Assembly (NCBI GenBank): GCA_944388935.1
Contig: CALXKK010000004.1
Location: forward strand, 17,732 to 81,731
Source of the DNA: an uncultured Clostridia bacterium
GTDB lineage: Bacteria; Bacillota; Clostridia; TANB77; CAG-508
Length of the DNA: 64,000 nucleotides
Direction of reading: 5' to 3'
In this document: positions 10,610 to 20,324 of the stretch, in pieces
How the letters are laid out: every line of letters starts with the position of its first letter
Numbering within the stretch: the stretch's first letter is position 1
Made by a program: the position numbers and the translations under genes
Notes under the pieces: model-generated
Databases searched by the model: none
Told to the model about the DNA's origin: nothing
The model's input: only the letters and a program-made list of their open reading frames with translations

Positions 10610-12697
10610 ATGAATTTAAGAAATGTTAAAACTAAAATTGTGTATGATAATTCAAAAGATGATATAGAAAGTGATTTATTTATTCCTCTTATGAATGAAA
10701 CAAAGTATTATTATAGGGGGGTTGGATATTTTTCTTCAAAGTGGATTGAAATAACTTTGGAAGGAATTAATTCAATTATAAAAAATAAAGGTAAGATGTT
10801 TTTAATAACATCTCCTAATTTATCAAAAGTTGACTATGAAGCAATTTGTAAAGGAGATTTAGCAAAAAGAAATGAAGTAATATACAAATCTATTATAGAT
10901 GAATTAAATACTAGTAAGCCAGAAGTATTAACATTACTTTCTTGGTTAATAGCAGATGATATTTTAGAAATTAAATTTGCTATATGTAAGAATAAAATAG
11001 GAATGTATCATGATAAATTAGCGATATTTGAAGATGAATCTAATAATACAGTTTGTGTTCATGGTTCAATTAATGATTCTTTAAAAGCTACTTATAATGG
11101 GGAGGGCGTTTCCGTATTTAATAATTGGTCAAATGGACAAGAATATTGTATTTATCATAAAACTAGATTTTTAGAATTATGGAATTCAAAAAATTCATTT
11201 TATTATATAATAGATATGCCAGAAAAGTTAAAGGAATATTTTGTTGATAATACTTATAAAGAAAAAAGGCCATATGATTTTGAAGATGAAAATAGTAATG
11301 GCAAAACTTTAGGAATTGATGATGCACGAAACTATCAACTAGAGGCTATAGAAAAGCTAAAAGAAAATAATTGGAAAGGTATATTCGAAATGGCCACAGG
11401 AACTGGAAAAACTTTTACGAGTTTACTTGCTATGAAAGAATATAAAGAAATGAAAAGAAGACAATTTTTAATAATTGTTGTACCTTTTAAACATCTAGTA
11501 GAACAATGGAAAAAAGAAACAGAAAAATTTGGTTGGTGTAGTGCAATTAAATGTAAAGGAAATAAGACGTCTTGGATAAATAAATTTATTTCTAAAATAA
11601 AAGATTATAATAGTAAATTAATATCAGAAGTATGTATTATTTGCACATATCAAACTGCTTCTAGTGATATATTTATTAATTGGATAGATAAAATTAAAGA
11701 TAATGTATGTTTAATTGCTGATGAATGTCACTATATGGGTTCAAAAGAATATAGCAATTTAATGATAAAAAAAATTGATACTAGATTAGGCCTGTCTGCT
11801 ACACCAGAAAGATGGTTTGATGAAGAAGGAACAAAAAAAATAAGGGATTATTTTGGAAAAACAGTATATAGTTATTCTTTAGAAAAAGCAATAAAAAATA
11901 ATTATTTAACTCCATATAATTATTATCCTGTTGCTGTACGATTAAATGATATTGAACAAGAAGAATATAATATTTTAACAAAAAGAATTAATAAATTGAG
12001 TCTTATAAACAAAAATAAAAAAGAAGAAAAAAATGAAGAATATATTAAAGCCTTAATACGAAAAAGAAAAACGATTATAAATAAAGCAAATAATAAATAT
12101 AAGAAATTAATTGAATTACTAAATACTAAAAACGGAAATGTCTCACATACATTAATATATTGTGCAAAAGGCGAAAATAAGATTGTTACCAAATTGTTAT
12201 ATGAATTAGGATTTAGAGTTCATGATTTTGTATACGAAGTGAGTGACAAAGATAGACAAGATATACTGAATAAATTTGATTCCGGAGAATATCAAATATT
12301 AGTAGCGATTAAATGTCTAGATGAAGGAGTGGATGTCCCAAGTACTAAAACATCATATTTCCTTTCTAGTACTACTAATCCAAGAGAGTTTGTGCAAAGA
12401 AGAGGAAGAGTTTTAAGAAAAGATGATTCTAAGGACATTGCGGAGATATATGACTTTATAGTTTTTCCTAATGATGAAATAGTGGAAGACATAAGTGTTG
12501 GACAAGATATAATTAAGAAAGAATTACCAAGATTTGCTGAATTTACAGAACATGCAAATAATTATTTCGAAGCAAGACATAGAATTTTTAATGAAATAAA
12601 GAAATATAACTTAGAGCCTAGAATGGATTTATTGCCATGGGAAATATATAAAAGGAATAAGGAGGAAGAAAACGATAATGAAGAAGATGAATATTAA
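10610..12697 (+). CDS. PLD(HKD)-nuclease domain + SF2 DExH helicase (resembles Dnd-associated 'restriction enzyme' family)
   Basis: YHDKLAIFED...GSIND; MATGTGKT; DECH; LSATP; LDEGVDVP; QRRGRVLR. Confidence 0.85.
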   Translation: MNLRNVKTKIVYDNSKDDIESDLFIPLMNETKYYYRGVGYFSSKWIEITLEGINSIIKNKGKMFLITSPNLSKVDYEAICKGDLAKRNEVIYKSIIDELNTSKPEVLTLLSWLIADDILEIKFAICKNKIGMYHDKLAIFEDESNNTVCVHGSINDSLKATYNGEGVSVFNNWSNGQEYCIYHKTRFLELWNSKNSFYYIIDMPEKLKEYFVDNTYKEKRPYDFEDENSNGKTLGIDDARNYQLEAIEKLKENNWKGIFEMATGTGKTFTSLLAMKEYKEMKRRQFLIIVVPFKHLVEQWKKETEKFGWCSAIKCKGNKTSWINKFISKIKDYNSKLISEVCIICTYQTASSDIFINWIDKIKDNVCLIADECHYMGSKEYSNLMIKKIDTRLGLSATPERWFDEEGTKKIRDYFGKTVYSYSLEKAIKNNYLTPYNYYPVAVRLNDIEQEEYNILTKRINKLSLINKNKKEEKNEEYIKALIRKRKTIINKANNKYKKLIELLNTKNGNVSHTLIYCAKGENKIVTKLLYELGFRVHDFVYEVSDKDRQDILNKFDSGEYQILVAIKCLDEGVDVPSTKTSYFLSSTTNPREFVQRRGRVLRKDDSKDIAEIYDFIVFPNDEIVEDISVGQDIIKKELPRFAEFTEHANNYFEARHRIFNEIKKYNLEPRMDLLPWEIYKRNKEEENDNEEDEY

Positions 12698-12884
12698 TTT
12701 AAAGGAAGAAATTATTAAATATAAGGCTCCAGAAAAAATAAAAGACATAGCTAATAAAATGTTAGAATTAATTCAAGAAGGAAAAAATGAAGAGAATATT
12801 AAGACAAATATAGATAGAGAAATAACAAATTTAGTTGTTGAAGAAGGTGAAGATGATGAAGTTAATATCAATAGAAATGAATAA
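12678..12884 (+). CDS. Small helical protein overlapping both the helicase and ATPase genes
   Basis: 68-aa ORF with GGAGG upstream; overlapping stop/start arrangement on both sides. Confidence 0.6.
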   Translation: MKKMNINLKEEIIKYKAPEKIKDIANKMLELIQEGKNEENIKTNIDREITNLVVEEGEDDEVNINRNE

Positions 12885-14880
12885 CTTTAGGCAATATTAT
12901 GGAGAAGGAAATATAATAAATTTTAATAAAAATAATTCTAATATTACTGTTATTATTGGTGAAAATGGAGCTGGAAAAACAAGTATATTTAGAGCTATGA
13001 TATTTGCACTTTTTGGAATTAGCGAATTAGAAGAAGATTCAAAAAATGAAAAAGTTCATTTAGTTAATCTTCATAAGTTAGAAGAGAATATGAATAAAAA
13101 AGTAGAAGCTTCAGTAAAAGTTAATTTTGAACACGAAGGTAAAAAATATCTTATTGAAAGAAAAACATATTCACTTATGAAGAACAATAAAGAAGTAATA
13201 AGTTCACCTGATACAGATGTATCTTTAAAAATTATAGATGAAAATGGTATTCTTCAAAATAGAGAAATTACAGATAATGATGAAATATTATCAATTTTAG
13301 AAAAAATTTTAAATCCAAAATTAAAAGATTTCTTCTTTTTTAATGGTGAAAAAATAGAAGAATTAGCCAAAACAGATGCTAAATCTAGAAAGACAATTAA
13401 AGAAGGTATCATCAAACTATTACAAATAGACAATTTGGAATTAGCTATAAAAATATTAGATAAAATGCTAAATGAGCAAATTAGAAAAATAAAGGAATCA
13501 TCTAGTAGTGATTTAGTAAAAAAATATAATGAAAAAGAAGAAAATGAAAAAGATATAGAAAAATTAAATAATGAAATTGATAGGCAAGAGGACGAAATTG
13601 AAACAGCCAAAGAGGAAATTGAAGAGATAACACAAAAAATGAAAAAAAATGAGGGCGTGAAAAAGTATATATCGCAGAAAGAGTATGCTGTAAATTTAAA
13701 AAATGAGCATAAAAATAATTTAAGAAGTAAGCAAGAGGAACTAAAAAAACTTTTACAATCATCTATTGGAAACTTAATTATTGAAAAAACAATAATAGAT
13801 GCTGAATATCATTTAAAAAATGAAAATGAAGAAATTGATATACCAGAAGTGCTTATAGATAAGATACTAAGAGAAAAACAATGTATTTGTGGTAGACATT
13901 TTGAAGATGGTTCAGCTACCTTAGAATTATTTAAAAGTTATAAAATTAATCATGTACAATCTCCTAAATTATTTGAAGAATGGAAGAATGCTATAATTTA
14001 TTCTAAGGCAAAGATTGATGGTAAGAAGCAAGAATTATCTGAAATTTTATCTTCTATAGCAGAAATAAAAGAAAAAATAGACGAACAAACAACAAAAATT
14101 GAACGATATACAGAAGAAATTAAGCAATTTAATTTAAGCAGTGAAAGTGAACTTAAAGAATATCAACAAAGTTTAGAAAAATTAGAATCTAAAAAGAAGT
14201 CAATTGAAACAGAAAAAACTTTAAATTTATATAAAAAAATATCATTACAGCGTAAGGTAGAAGAAATACAAGAAGATATAAATAGACTAGAAATACTTAG
14301 TGAGAAAAACAGGAAAGAAGTGAAGAAAAAACAATATATAGAAAATGTAAAAAATATGTTGGTATCAATCAAAAAAACATATACAGATAAAGTGAAAAAA
14401 CAATTAGCTGAAGAAATGTTTAAGATTTATAAAAAAATGATTAGTGAAAAAGATAGAGACTTAGTTAGTAAAATAGAAGTTGATGATGAATATAGAATAG
14501 ATTTGAAAAATTGGCAATCTATTTCTATTTTACAAGACATCTCAGCTGGTCAAAAGCAAATTATTTCTTTAGCATTAATAATAGCATTGTCAAAATTAGC
14601 ATGTAATGAAAACAATACTATAAATGTTCCTTTATTCATGGATACACCATTTGGAAGAATTTCTGGTGAAAATAGAAAAAATATTATTAATACAATACCT
14701 AATGAGATGGAACAATGGATCTTATTAGCAACAGACACCGAATTAACAAAAGACGAAAAGGAATATTTGTATGCAACTAATAAATGGCATAACTTATATG
14801 AACTAGAACAAAGTGAAATTGGGAAAACTAAAATTAAAAATATAGATAATATAGAAGGATATTTAATAAAGGGAGATTAG
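12853..14880 (+). CDS. SMC/Rad50/DndD-like ABC ATPase with central CxC motif
   Basis: NFRQYYG, GENGAGKTS, FFFNGEKI, coiled coils, QCICGR, SAGQKQ signature, LFMDTPFGRI Walker B. Confidence 0.85.
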   Translation: MMKLISIEMNNFRQYYGEGNIINFNKNNSNITVIIGENGAGKTSIFRAMIFALFGISELEEDSKNEKVHLVNLHKLEENMNKKVEASVKVNFEHEGKKYLIERKTYSLMKNNKEVISSPDTDVSLKIIDENGILQNREITDNDEILSILEKILNPKLKDFFFFNGEKIEELAKTDAKSRKTIKEGIIKLLQIDNLELAIKILDKMLNEQIRKIKESSSSDLVKKYNEKEENEKDIEKLNNEIDRQEDEIETAKEEIEEITQKMKKNEGVKKYISQKEYAVNLKNEHKNNLRSKQEELKKLLQSSIGNLIIEKTIIDAEYHLKNENEEIDIPEVLIDKILREKQCICGRHFEDGSATLELFKSYKINHVQSPKLFEEWKNAIIYSKAKIDGKKQELSEILSSIAEIKEKIDEQTTKIERYTEEIKQFNLSSESELKEYQQSLEKLESKKKSIETEKTLNLYKKISLQRKVEEIQEDINRLEILSEKNRKEVKKKQYIENVKNMLVSIKKTYTDKVKKQLAEEMFKIYKKMISEKDRDLVSKIEVDDEYRIDLKNWQSISILQDISAGQKQIISLALIIALSKLACNENNTINVPLFMDTPFGRISGENRKNIINTIPNEMEQWILLATDTELTKDEKEYLYATNKWHNLYELEQSEIGKTKIKNIDNIEGYLIKGD

Positions 14881-14883
14881 AAT

Positions 14884-15351
14884 ATGGAAGGAATGAAAAG
14901 ATTTAAATTAGAACCAAATTTCTTTATATATAAGAGTAAAAAATATGAAAAAGTTTATGAGACGCTTTTATCTAAAAAAATATTTAATAATATGGCAGAG
15001 ATATTTACTTTTGCATGTATAATTGGATACAAGAATAATAATAAAGTAAAGATAGCTGAAAGAGGAACAGAAATGAGAAGTGAGCACTTTAAAGAGAAAG
15101 AATTGGTACCACTTATGAGCATTATTTTTGAAGAGGCGAAATTTGATAAAGATATTTTTTATGATTATGAACTAATAAAAGCAAAATTTAATGATTTAGA
15201 AGAATATGCGGAAGGAGGAATGGAAATTTTGTGCTCAACTGCTTTTGATGGTCATTGGAATGGATTAGTAATTGATGATGAATATAGTGAGTATGAAATT
15301 GATTTAGCAAGGTATATATTAGATAATTTAAATGCTGAGACTTCTATTTAG
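14884..15351 (+). CDS. DndE/Dnd-associated protein 4-like small protein
   Basis: F...AEIFTFACIIGY and LEEYAEGGMEIL motifs; lies directly after the DndD-like ATPase. Confidence 0.6.
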   Translation: MEGMKRFKLEPNFFIYKSKKYEKVYETLLSKKIFNNMAEIFTFACIIGYKNNNKVKIAERGTEMRSEHFKEKELVPLMSIIFEEAKFDKDIFYDYELIKAKFNDLEEYAEGGMEILCSTAFDGHWNGLVIDDEYSEYEIDLARYILDNLNAETSI

Positions 15352-15405
15352 AATAGTAAGAAATAGTGATATAAGATATAAAATTTTCAATTAAATCATC
15401 TATCT

Positions 15406-15927
15406 ATATTCTTAAATAGGACATATTTTAATGGATTATATAGAGTAAATAAAAATGGAAAATTTAATGTCCCATTTGGCAAATATAAAAATCCTGCAAT
15501 ATATGATGAGAAAAATTTAAGAAACTTAGCTAAGCTAATAAAAAATGTCAAATTTAAATATGGAGATTATTCAAAATGTTTGATGTTACGCAAAATACTT
15601 TTGTGTATTTGGCCCTCCATATAAGACAATTAAATGTGACATCGGAATTTACATCATATACAAAAGAGAATTTTGACGATAATAGTCAAAAGAAGTTGGG
15701 GGGATTTTTATAGAAAATTGAATGAAAAAGATACAAAGTTGATGCTAAGCAATTCTAACTCCAAAAATACTAATAAAGATGATACTTTTTTTGATAATAT
15801 ATATCAAGGATTTAATATTAATGAAATATATACTAGTAGAATGATAAATGCTGATGGCAAAGGTAAAGGGAAAATTTCTGAAATATTAGTAACAAATTAT
15901 AATATTAAAAGTAATGATAATTTATAA
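15406..15927 (+). pseudogene. dpnM: Decayed 3' part of a second dpnM
   Basis: Aligns with 2521-3042 (IFLNRTYFNGLYRVNK...ISEILVTNY) with frameshifts. Confidence 0.85.
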
Positions 15928-15931
15928 GGTA

Positions 15932-16290
15932 ATGTTTACAGGTAAGTATTATTTCAACGAAAATAAATTTAAACTAATTAAAGGAGATATGTTTAGAGCT
16001 TAAAAAAATTTGAAGATAAATCAATAGATACAATATTTGCAGATCCACCATATTTTTTATCAAATAATGGAATAACATGTAGTGGTGGAAAGATTGTAAT
16101 AGTTAATGAAGGAAAATGGGATGAAGCAGATTCTTTAAAGTATAAACATAATTTTAATAAAAAATGGATAAAGGAATGTTATAAAATACTTAAAGATAAT
16201 GGAACTATTTTGAAAAGTGGAATGTTACATAATATATATTCTATAGGAATGACTCTAGAAGAAAATGAATTTAAGATATTAAAAAATATA
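15932..16290 (+). pseudogene. dpnA: Decayed 5' part of a second dpnA
   Basis: Aligns with 3047-3400 (FADPPYFLSNNGITCSGG); frameshift near 16000; truncated. Confidence 0.85.
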
Positions 16291-16339
16291 TAATATAAAT
16301 GATATGGAAAATGGTATATTAAATGAAATATTTAAATAA
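16291..16339 (+). pseudogene. dpnB: Last ~16 codons of a second dpnB
   Basis: aatataaatgatatggaaaatggtatattaaatgaaatatttaaataa matches the dpnB end at about 4631-4679. Confidence 0.75.
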
Positions 16340-16475
16340 AGCATTAATAACAATATTGGTATTTATTCAATTATTATTATATCAACTTTTAGAGGAAGAT
16401 AAAAATTAAATGTATTAATAAATTATGGGGCAACTTATACTAGTTGTCTCTTTTGGCTTTTTAAGGAGGGATAAT

Positions 16476-16903
16476 ATGATTTATAAACCAGATCAATTTA
16501 AATTAGAAGAAACAACAATATGATCTTTTAAAGAACAAGGAAGTTGATCTACTCATAAAGGAGACTATAGAGGTAATTGCGCACCACAAGTGTCAAGAAA
16601 TTTAATTTTAAAATATACAAAAGAATGTGACATCGTATTAGATACATTTTCTAGAAAAAATGTTTAAGAATTATAAAGAAAAATAAGTGATGTGCAGTTT
16701 TAATAGGAGATATCAGAAAAAAAAAGAATATTATTCCATTAGTATTTTGTATCATGAATATTTTTATTCAGACGGGTTTCACTTTAAAAGAAATAATTAT
16801 AAAAGAGCAACATAATTGTAAAAGAACAGATTATTGGCGTCAAAATAAAAATAGGGGTTTTTATTTGCTAGCTCATGAGTATATATTTGTGTTCAAGTCT
16901 TAA
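16476..16903 (+). pseudogene. Decayed copy of the 5305-6033 methyltransferase (internal deletion, TGA codons)
   Basis: Matches YKP.QFKLE.TTI, THKGDYRGNC, KEQHNCK, LAHEYIFV; TGA at 16521, 16545 and 16688. Confidence 0.85.
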
Positions 16904-16988
16904 GATTTTTATATATTTAATTAAAAAATAAATTATTTTATAATATAATATCAATAACAATATGAAATGAAAAAGAAATATAATCAAT

Positions 16989-17037
16989 GCAGTGCATGAC
17001 CAGTTACTTTGAGAGCCTCGTTATTACATTATATAAT
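16989..17037 (+). promoter_or_regulatory. sigmaA promoter with upstream GCA-N5-TGACCA box
   Basis: TGACCA 16997, TTGAGA 17009, 17-nt spacer, TATAAT 17032; near-duplicate of 24218-24266. Confidence 0.7.
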
Positions 17038-17189
17038 TTATTTGGAGTTATACAAAACTAAAAAGTACAAAAAGGCAGTATTATAGTTGTAAGAGAAAGT
17101 AATATAGCTTATGCAATGTGATTGAAATTAATTGCGTTAATGGTGAAATGTTTAGAAAGAAAAATAAAGAAGTTTAGAGGGATTAAAAT

Positions 17190-19023
17190 ATGGGTAAAAA
17201 AGAAAATAAGAAAGATGAAAAGGAAAAGGATGTAATATTAATAAATAAAATGTATACAGGAAGTTATCTTAATGGCAATAAAGGAAATAATATTGGGCAT
17301 GAAATTATAAATTTTTTCAAAGCCTCAGATGGAAATAACTATATATACATAACGCCTTATGGTAAATTTGATTTAACGTATAAAAATAGAATTAAATATG
17401 TTTTATTAACAGATGCAACAATTGGAGGAAAATATAATATAATTGCTAAAGTTGAAGTTGATAATGAAGGATGTTTAATTTATGAAAATTACAGGAATAA
17501 AGAAAGTAAACAATTTGAAAATTTTATTTTAAAAGATAGGTTTAAAGATGTACATAAAGAACAAGCTAAAGATAAAAAATATGGTGGAAAATTACTTTAT
17601 GATGTATACAAAAATAATATTGGAAATGATGAAGCTATTTATGCAACATTTAAGGTTAAAAATGTGATAATGCCAACAAAAACAATTACAGTTAAGATAA
17701 ATAAGCAAAAAGGAAATGAATGTGCAAAAATACAATTAGATGGAGTGACTTTAGAGAATGGAGAATTTAAAAAAGAAAAAAATGATGATAAAATTCCATT
17801 AAATATAGGGGAGAGCAATATTATATATTTACAAGAAGGAAACTTATATAATTTCCTACTAGCTGTAATTAATAATCCAACTTATTGAAAAAAAGAAGAT
17901 AAAACAAAAAAATAGAAGCTGTAAAGGAACATTTAAACAAGAATTTAGATGATAGATATAAAATTGAATTTAATTTTTTAAATTTGATTCAAAAAGAATA
18001 TGATGAAAGTATTTTTACAAATATGTTGGCGTTTTATTTTAATACTGAATATAAAAATGATATAATATTAAATTATTTTTTGGATTGGCTAGAAAAAAAT
18101 GGCAAAATAAAGAATAGCGAAGCTCATATAAAATTTGAAAAAATAGAAGCAGAACACCCAATACAGTTAGAAGATATAGAAAATAAAAATGAAGATACAA
18201 AAGATGATAATAACAAAAATAATAAAGATAAAAAATCTAAGCAAACCAAAAGAGGACGAATAGATTTATTTACCAAAAAAGATAAAAATTTTTTAGTAAT
18301 TGAAAATAAAATAAAATCAAAAATAAATGGAAAAAAAGAGGATGGATATCAGTTAAAATTATATAAAGATAAGTTTTCAAATACGGAAGACAATTTTATA
18401 GGACTGATTTTCGTTCCTAATTATAATTATTATAGGATAAAAAGTGAAGAAGGATATGTTAATGTAGAAAAAAAGGATATACTATAATAGAATATAGTGA
18501 AATTTATGAATTTTTTGGATGGATTTTTAAAGAAAAAAAAAAAAAACAGATAGAATTTCAAAATCCGTTTGCTGAAAAATATTATATAGATTTTATGAAT
18601 TCCTTAAAAGTGCATACACTTAAAGCAGAAGATAAAGAAGAATACAAATTTAAAAATGCAATAAAAAATATAGAAAATGATAAAAATGTATATATAGTAT
18701 ATGTATATAGATTTCGCTTCAAAGGAAATTATAAATATTATGTAGGGACAACTAATAATTTTGATAGAAGAGATGAAGAACTTAGTGAAACGAGAGAATT
18801 TAAAGATTATAAAGCAGATGAAAATATATTTAAAAGTGAGTATATAAAGGATTTAGAAAAAGCTTTTCACATTGAAGAGTTTTTAGAAGAAGAAATTAAT
18901 GAGACAATAAATGCAAGGAAACAGGAAAATAAATTAAATTATGATTATTTAGAAAAAAGAGATATTGAAAATATGTTAAAAATTTATAGAGCACACTATG
19001 TAATTAATAAGGTATTAAGATAG
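17190..19023 (+). pseudogene. Interrupted PD-(D/E)XK nuclease + C-terminal GIY-YIG-like gene (pieces 17190-17888, 17984-18487, 18595-19023)
   Basis: GRIDLF...VIENKIKS PD-(D/E)XK motif; YVYRF...YYVGTTNNFDRR; pieces join by TGA readthrough at 17886 and -1 shifts in A tracts near 17910 and 18470. Confidence 0.7.
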
Positions 19024-19104
19024 ATATCCAAATGTAAGAAAAATATCAATAATTAAGAACGATAATAGTTTAAGTAAAAAGGAAACTAAACAAGGAGATT
19101 AATT

Positions 19105-20190
19105 ATGAAAGAAAATGAAACAAAAGTATGGAGAATAAATATAAAAATAGGAACGAAGAAGTTAGAAGATATGGAAGTTATACAAAAGAAATGTTTACCA
19201 AGTGAAAATGAAAAAGAAGGCAAAGGATATATTGCAATAGGTTGGCCAGTTAATACTAGTGAATTAAACAGTAAAAAAGAATATCAAAAAGAGTTAAAAA
19301 GTAATAATATTAGTAGTAATTTAGCTGAAAAAATGAAAGAGGAATATCAAAAATTAGCATTAAAAACATATATAAAATATGAACAAACTAATACCAATAA
19401 AAAACCAGATGGCAGAATTGGGGTTGTAAATGCAAGCAATAATATATTCAAAATGGCAAAAGGAGATATATGCTTTACAAGATCTAAAGAAAATATATAT
19501 TATATAGGCAGAGTAATGGATGATTATCCAATATTGGCGGAATATGAAGTAACTGGAATTTTTGCAAAAGAGGCCAGTTGGTTAAGAAAAATTTATTGGT
19601 ATAAATTAGGAAGAGAAGATGATGTGCCAAGTAATATTGTTGGATGGTTCATGGAAAGAAGAGAACATACAATAACTGTAACCAATGACGAAAATAAAAT
19701 AAGTTTATCAAAATTGTTAATAAATGAAAAAGAAAATCAAAATTATAATATAAAAAAAATAACAATTAATCAGGATAATTATATCAGTACATTATCTACT
19801 CATATGCTGGAAGAATTAGTGTGCTTATATTTACAAGCCAAATTAAATTATTATTTATATATTTCATCTTGGAAAAAAACAACAAAATTATTTGAATACA
19901 TATTAGTAGAAAAAGATACTCATCAAAAGGCGTATGTTCAAACTAAAGTTGATGAAAAGATAGATTTAACAGATTTTAATACAGAGGAATATAAAGATGC
20001 TAAAATTTATGTGCTTTCTGGAGTGGGTTATACAAATGATAAGCATAAACCTAATATAATCAAATTAAGCGAAGATATAAATGAAAATGGACTAGAATAC
20101 AAAAAAGATTTATATGATTTTTATAAAAATAATATAGATTTATTTGGAAAAGGTATGCAAGTAGAAATGAAGTATTATAAGTTTGAATAG
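19105..20190 (+). CDS. Putative Mrr-like restriction endonuclease with N-terminal EVE/PUA-like region
   Basis: YIAIGW..KGD..YYIGRV N-terminus; LEELV...FEYIL...AYVQTK C-terminus; GGAG RBS. Confidence 0.5.
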   Translation: MKENETKVWRINIKIGTKKLEDMEVIQKKCLPSENEKEGKGYIAIGWPVNTSELNSKKEYQKELKSNNISSNLAEKMKEEYQKLALKTYIKYEQTNTNKKPDGRIGVVNASNNIFKMAKGDICFTRSKENIYYIGRVMDDYPILAEYEVTGIFAKEASWLRKIYWYKLGREDDVPSNIVGWFMERREHTITVTNDENKISLSKLLINEKENQNYNIKKITINQDNYISTLSTHMLEELVCLYLQAKLNYYLYISSWKKTTKLFEYILVEKDTHQKAYVQTKVDEKIDLTDFNTEEYKDAKIYVLSGVGYTNDKHKPNIIKLSEDINENGLEYKKDLYDFYKNNIDLFGKGMQVEMKYYKFE

Positions 20191-20231
20191 AAAATGCTGT
20201 TGTATAAAAAAATACCACCATAAAACCATAA

Positions 20232-20280
20232 GCACCTTGTGACCAACCTACTTACATTACTACAAAACAAATGATATAAA
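20232..20280 (+). promoter_or_regulatory. Promoter with GCA-N5-TGACCA box
   Basis: TGACCA 20240, TTACAT 20252, 17-nt spacer, TGnTATAAA with hexamer at 20275. Confidence 0.55.
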
Positions 20281-20324
20281 ATATTAAGAAAATATCAAAA
20301 ATTTGGAGGAAAAACTAAAATACC

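Noticed and set aside
10610-15351. Complete DNA phosphorothioation (dndABCDE) system
   Set aside because: No DndA, DndB or DndC-like gene is visible in the window.
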